A stretch of 63,479 nt of DNA, filler included, from Reticulomyxa filosa (taxonomy: Eukaryota; Protista; Foraminifera): the NCBI GenBank assembly GCA_000512085.1. It is 24 parts of 24 records of this genome, joined end to end, with 100 filler letters (N's around TTAATTAATTAA, not from the genome) between each part and the next. Parts side by side here need not be neighbours in the genome. Positions count along the whole stretch, not along the records: positions 61,306 to 62,363 come from ASPP01000945.1; positions 62,464 to 63,479 come from ASPP01020981.1; 22 more parts are not named here. One strand, written 5' to 3'. A program made the position numbers and the translations under genes. Under the pieces are notes generated by a model. It searched no databases and was not told the origin of the DNA. It saw only the letters and a program-made list of their open reading frames with translations. Positions 61,620 to 63,479 of the stretch are shown piece by piece (within the stretch, counting starts at the first letter, position 1; every line of letters starts with the position of its first letter).

Positions 61620-62497
61620 TTTACTTTTTTGTTGAACAAGAAATGAAACTGTTTTTGTTTGAATAGTTTTAAAAGAAAGTAAGTTGATGTTAAACTTTTT
61701 TGATTTAATTGAACGTGAACATTGAAAGATGTGTTCTATCTTACTTTTTTGTTAAAAAACTTTGAAAAAGCTTTATTTAATGTTTTTTAAAGAATTGAAA
61801 AGCATAATAATAAAAATTGTATCATACAATGATATGATTAAGACTATTTTGAAAAGCACATAAGTTTTTAATGCTATATAGAAGTCTTTGGAACATTGAA
61901 ATAATATTTTTTTGTATTCAGATTAAAAATTATTTTACTTAAGTGCAGAAAGAAAATAGTATATTGCATGATTAACAAAAAAGTTGTTGATTGCTCCATA
62001 CTTTGTTAAACAAACCAATAATTACACTGATTCCAAAAAAGGCTTTTCAATACAATTTTAAAAAAACCTAATCCCATTCCTTTTAAAGATAACTTTCGTG
62101 AGAAATATCTTTTTTTTGCTGTTGGAAACAAGAGAAAGAAGACGAAGAAAAATCTCATGAGTATATGCATACGCAAGTCCTTTTCTAAGCCTCTCCAGCC
62201 TTCACGTATATATATGTATATATTTTATCAAAAGCTAACTATAAATTATAAACTGTATTGAAAAGGATGTTGATCATGGGACGGCTTTTTAGGCTTATCC
62301 ATGATTTGTTTCAGTTAATTTTTCTAATTTGATGCGATAAAGTAACATTGGTCTTGTGCAAAANNNNNNNNNNNNNNNNNNNNNNNNNNNNNNNNNNNNN
62401 NNNNNNNTTAATTAATTAANNNNNNNNNNNNNNNNNNNNNNNNNNNNNNNNNNNNNNNNNNNNATATATATATATATGTATATATTTAAATAAAAAC

Positions 62498-63409
62498 CTT
62501 TGTTGCCGAAAACAATGGTGAGTCGATTGTGAGGATCTTGAATGTGCTGGATAAGTTGGAATATGTCTACGTATCTCCCCACCCAAGGATTAGGAGGATT
62601 TCCAAACGATCGCAAACTTCTTTTTTCTGTCAGATCGTTCACGAAATTGGCCCCGCTCCCACTATTGGGAGTCGCTTGGCCACTGCTATTGTTGCTACCT
62701 TTGTTACTTGTGTTATTGTTATTGTTATTGTCGTTGTCACTTGTATTAATGTTGCCCGTTTGGTTCGTCTTCAAGGACAGTGCTCTTTCAAAGTCCATTT
62801 TTCGACGAGCTGGAAACAGTACCACGTCATGACGCTCATCTTCGGGCAACAAAAGAAACTTTTCACTTTCATTTTGGGCCAAACTATCTTCGTGCAAATC
62901 TGTTTTCAATACTTGTCTGCCAATGTCAAATGCCTTTTTTCATTGTGATATTGAACCCCCCACTACGTGTGTCCCCCTTTTTTTTTTAAAAAAAAAAAAG
63001 ATGGAAGAAAACTTCTTGGACAGTCTTTCCGGCAACAAGATTGAAATAAAATTGATACGTGAATTGTTTTGCAGCTTTATCCAAGACACGATCGTTCTGA
63101 GTGACACAAACGACATGTTTGGCTCCGGCTTGGACGAAGGCGTGTCCAGTGGCAAAGCTATGGCAAGCACTGACAAAGACAAGATCCAAATTGGGCGCCC
63201 CTCCGGTGGTGATGAGATCACGCAATTGAGTAGAAGACATTTTATTGGCAATGCCAATGTCGTCGTCGCTTTCGAGAACGAGTTGATTGGGCACCCCGTG
63301 TCCGCTGTAGTGAATGACACGCGTGGACATGGACACCAACTCTCGAATGCTCTCTGCGGTGGCAAAGTCTTCTTTGAAGCGAATTTCAAAGGTTGCATTT
63401 CGCAGCGCC
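62498..63409 (-). CDS. CHAT (caspase-like) domain followed by start of a STAND-type P-loop NTPase; exons 63409-63013 and 62933-62498; partial at both ends
   Basis: VIHYSGHG and VFVSACHS catalytic motifs, AAKQFTYQFYFNLVAGKTVQE/AF, then PPNPWVGR...RLTIVFGNKG (Walker A cut by an intron). Confidence 0.8.
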
Positions 63410-63479
63410 CTTTTACTGTTATTATATGGATATGTAATTCACAACATTGATATATGTATATATATATATATATATATAT

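Noticed and set aside
2126-62463. Recurring TTAATTAATTAA between N-runs as a CRISPR-like or biological repeat
   Set aside because: Invariant 44N-12-44N layout with six-frame stops is an assembly concatenation linker.

Overview
This window is not one locus. It is 24 short contigs joined by an artificial 100-nt linker (44 N + TTAATTAATTAA + 44 N, a six-frame stop), so gene order across linkers means nothing. 22 contigs are AT-rich, intron-containing nuclear DNA of a protist. The style and the expanded Kelch/WD40 family suggest a foraminiferan such as Reticulomyxa filosa (inference from recall, not a search). Two contigs (39986-41155, 42560-43830) are GC-rich bacterial DNA. Recognisable eukaryotic genes or fragments: myosin, ALDH3-type aldehyde dehydrogenase, Ada3-like, TFIIH p62, DPAGT1/ALG7, SPIN90/Ldb17-like, DH-PH-FYVE RhoGEF, UIM-F-box protein, syntaxin-16, CFAP99, GCN2, CAP-Gly protein, Kelch-WD40, VPS13, BUD23, Derlin, RPS9, BRO1-domain, sulfotransferase-fold, MIT/NRBF2-like, dynactin p50, a dirigent/AOC-fold secreted protein and a CHAT-protease/STAND-NTPase fusion. 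There are also Tc1/mariner and LINE relics. Most interesting signals: (1) many spliceosomal introns are U-rich at the 5' end and A-rich just before the AG, with no polypyrimidine tract and mostly GTT donors, suggesting non-standard, possibly hairpin-assisted intron definition; (2) an unannotated ~200-nt GC-rich multi-stem candidate ncRNA at about 58615-58821; (3) an NLR-like CHAT-STAND gene. Many single-base frameshifts in homopolymers are probably sequencing errors. All protein calls come from motif recognition by eye, and exon boundaries were inferred manually.
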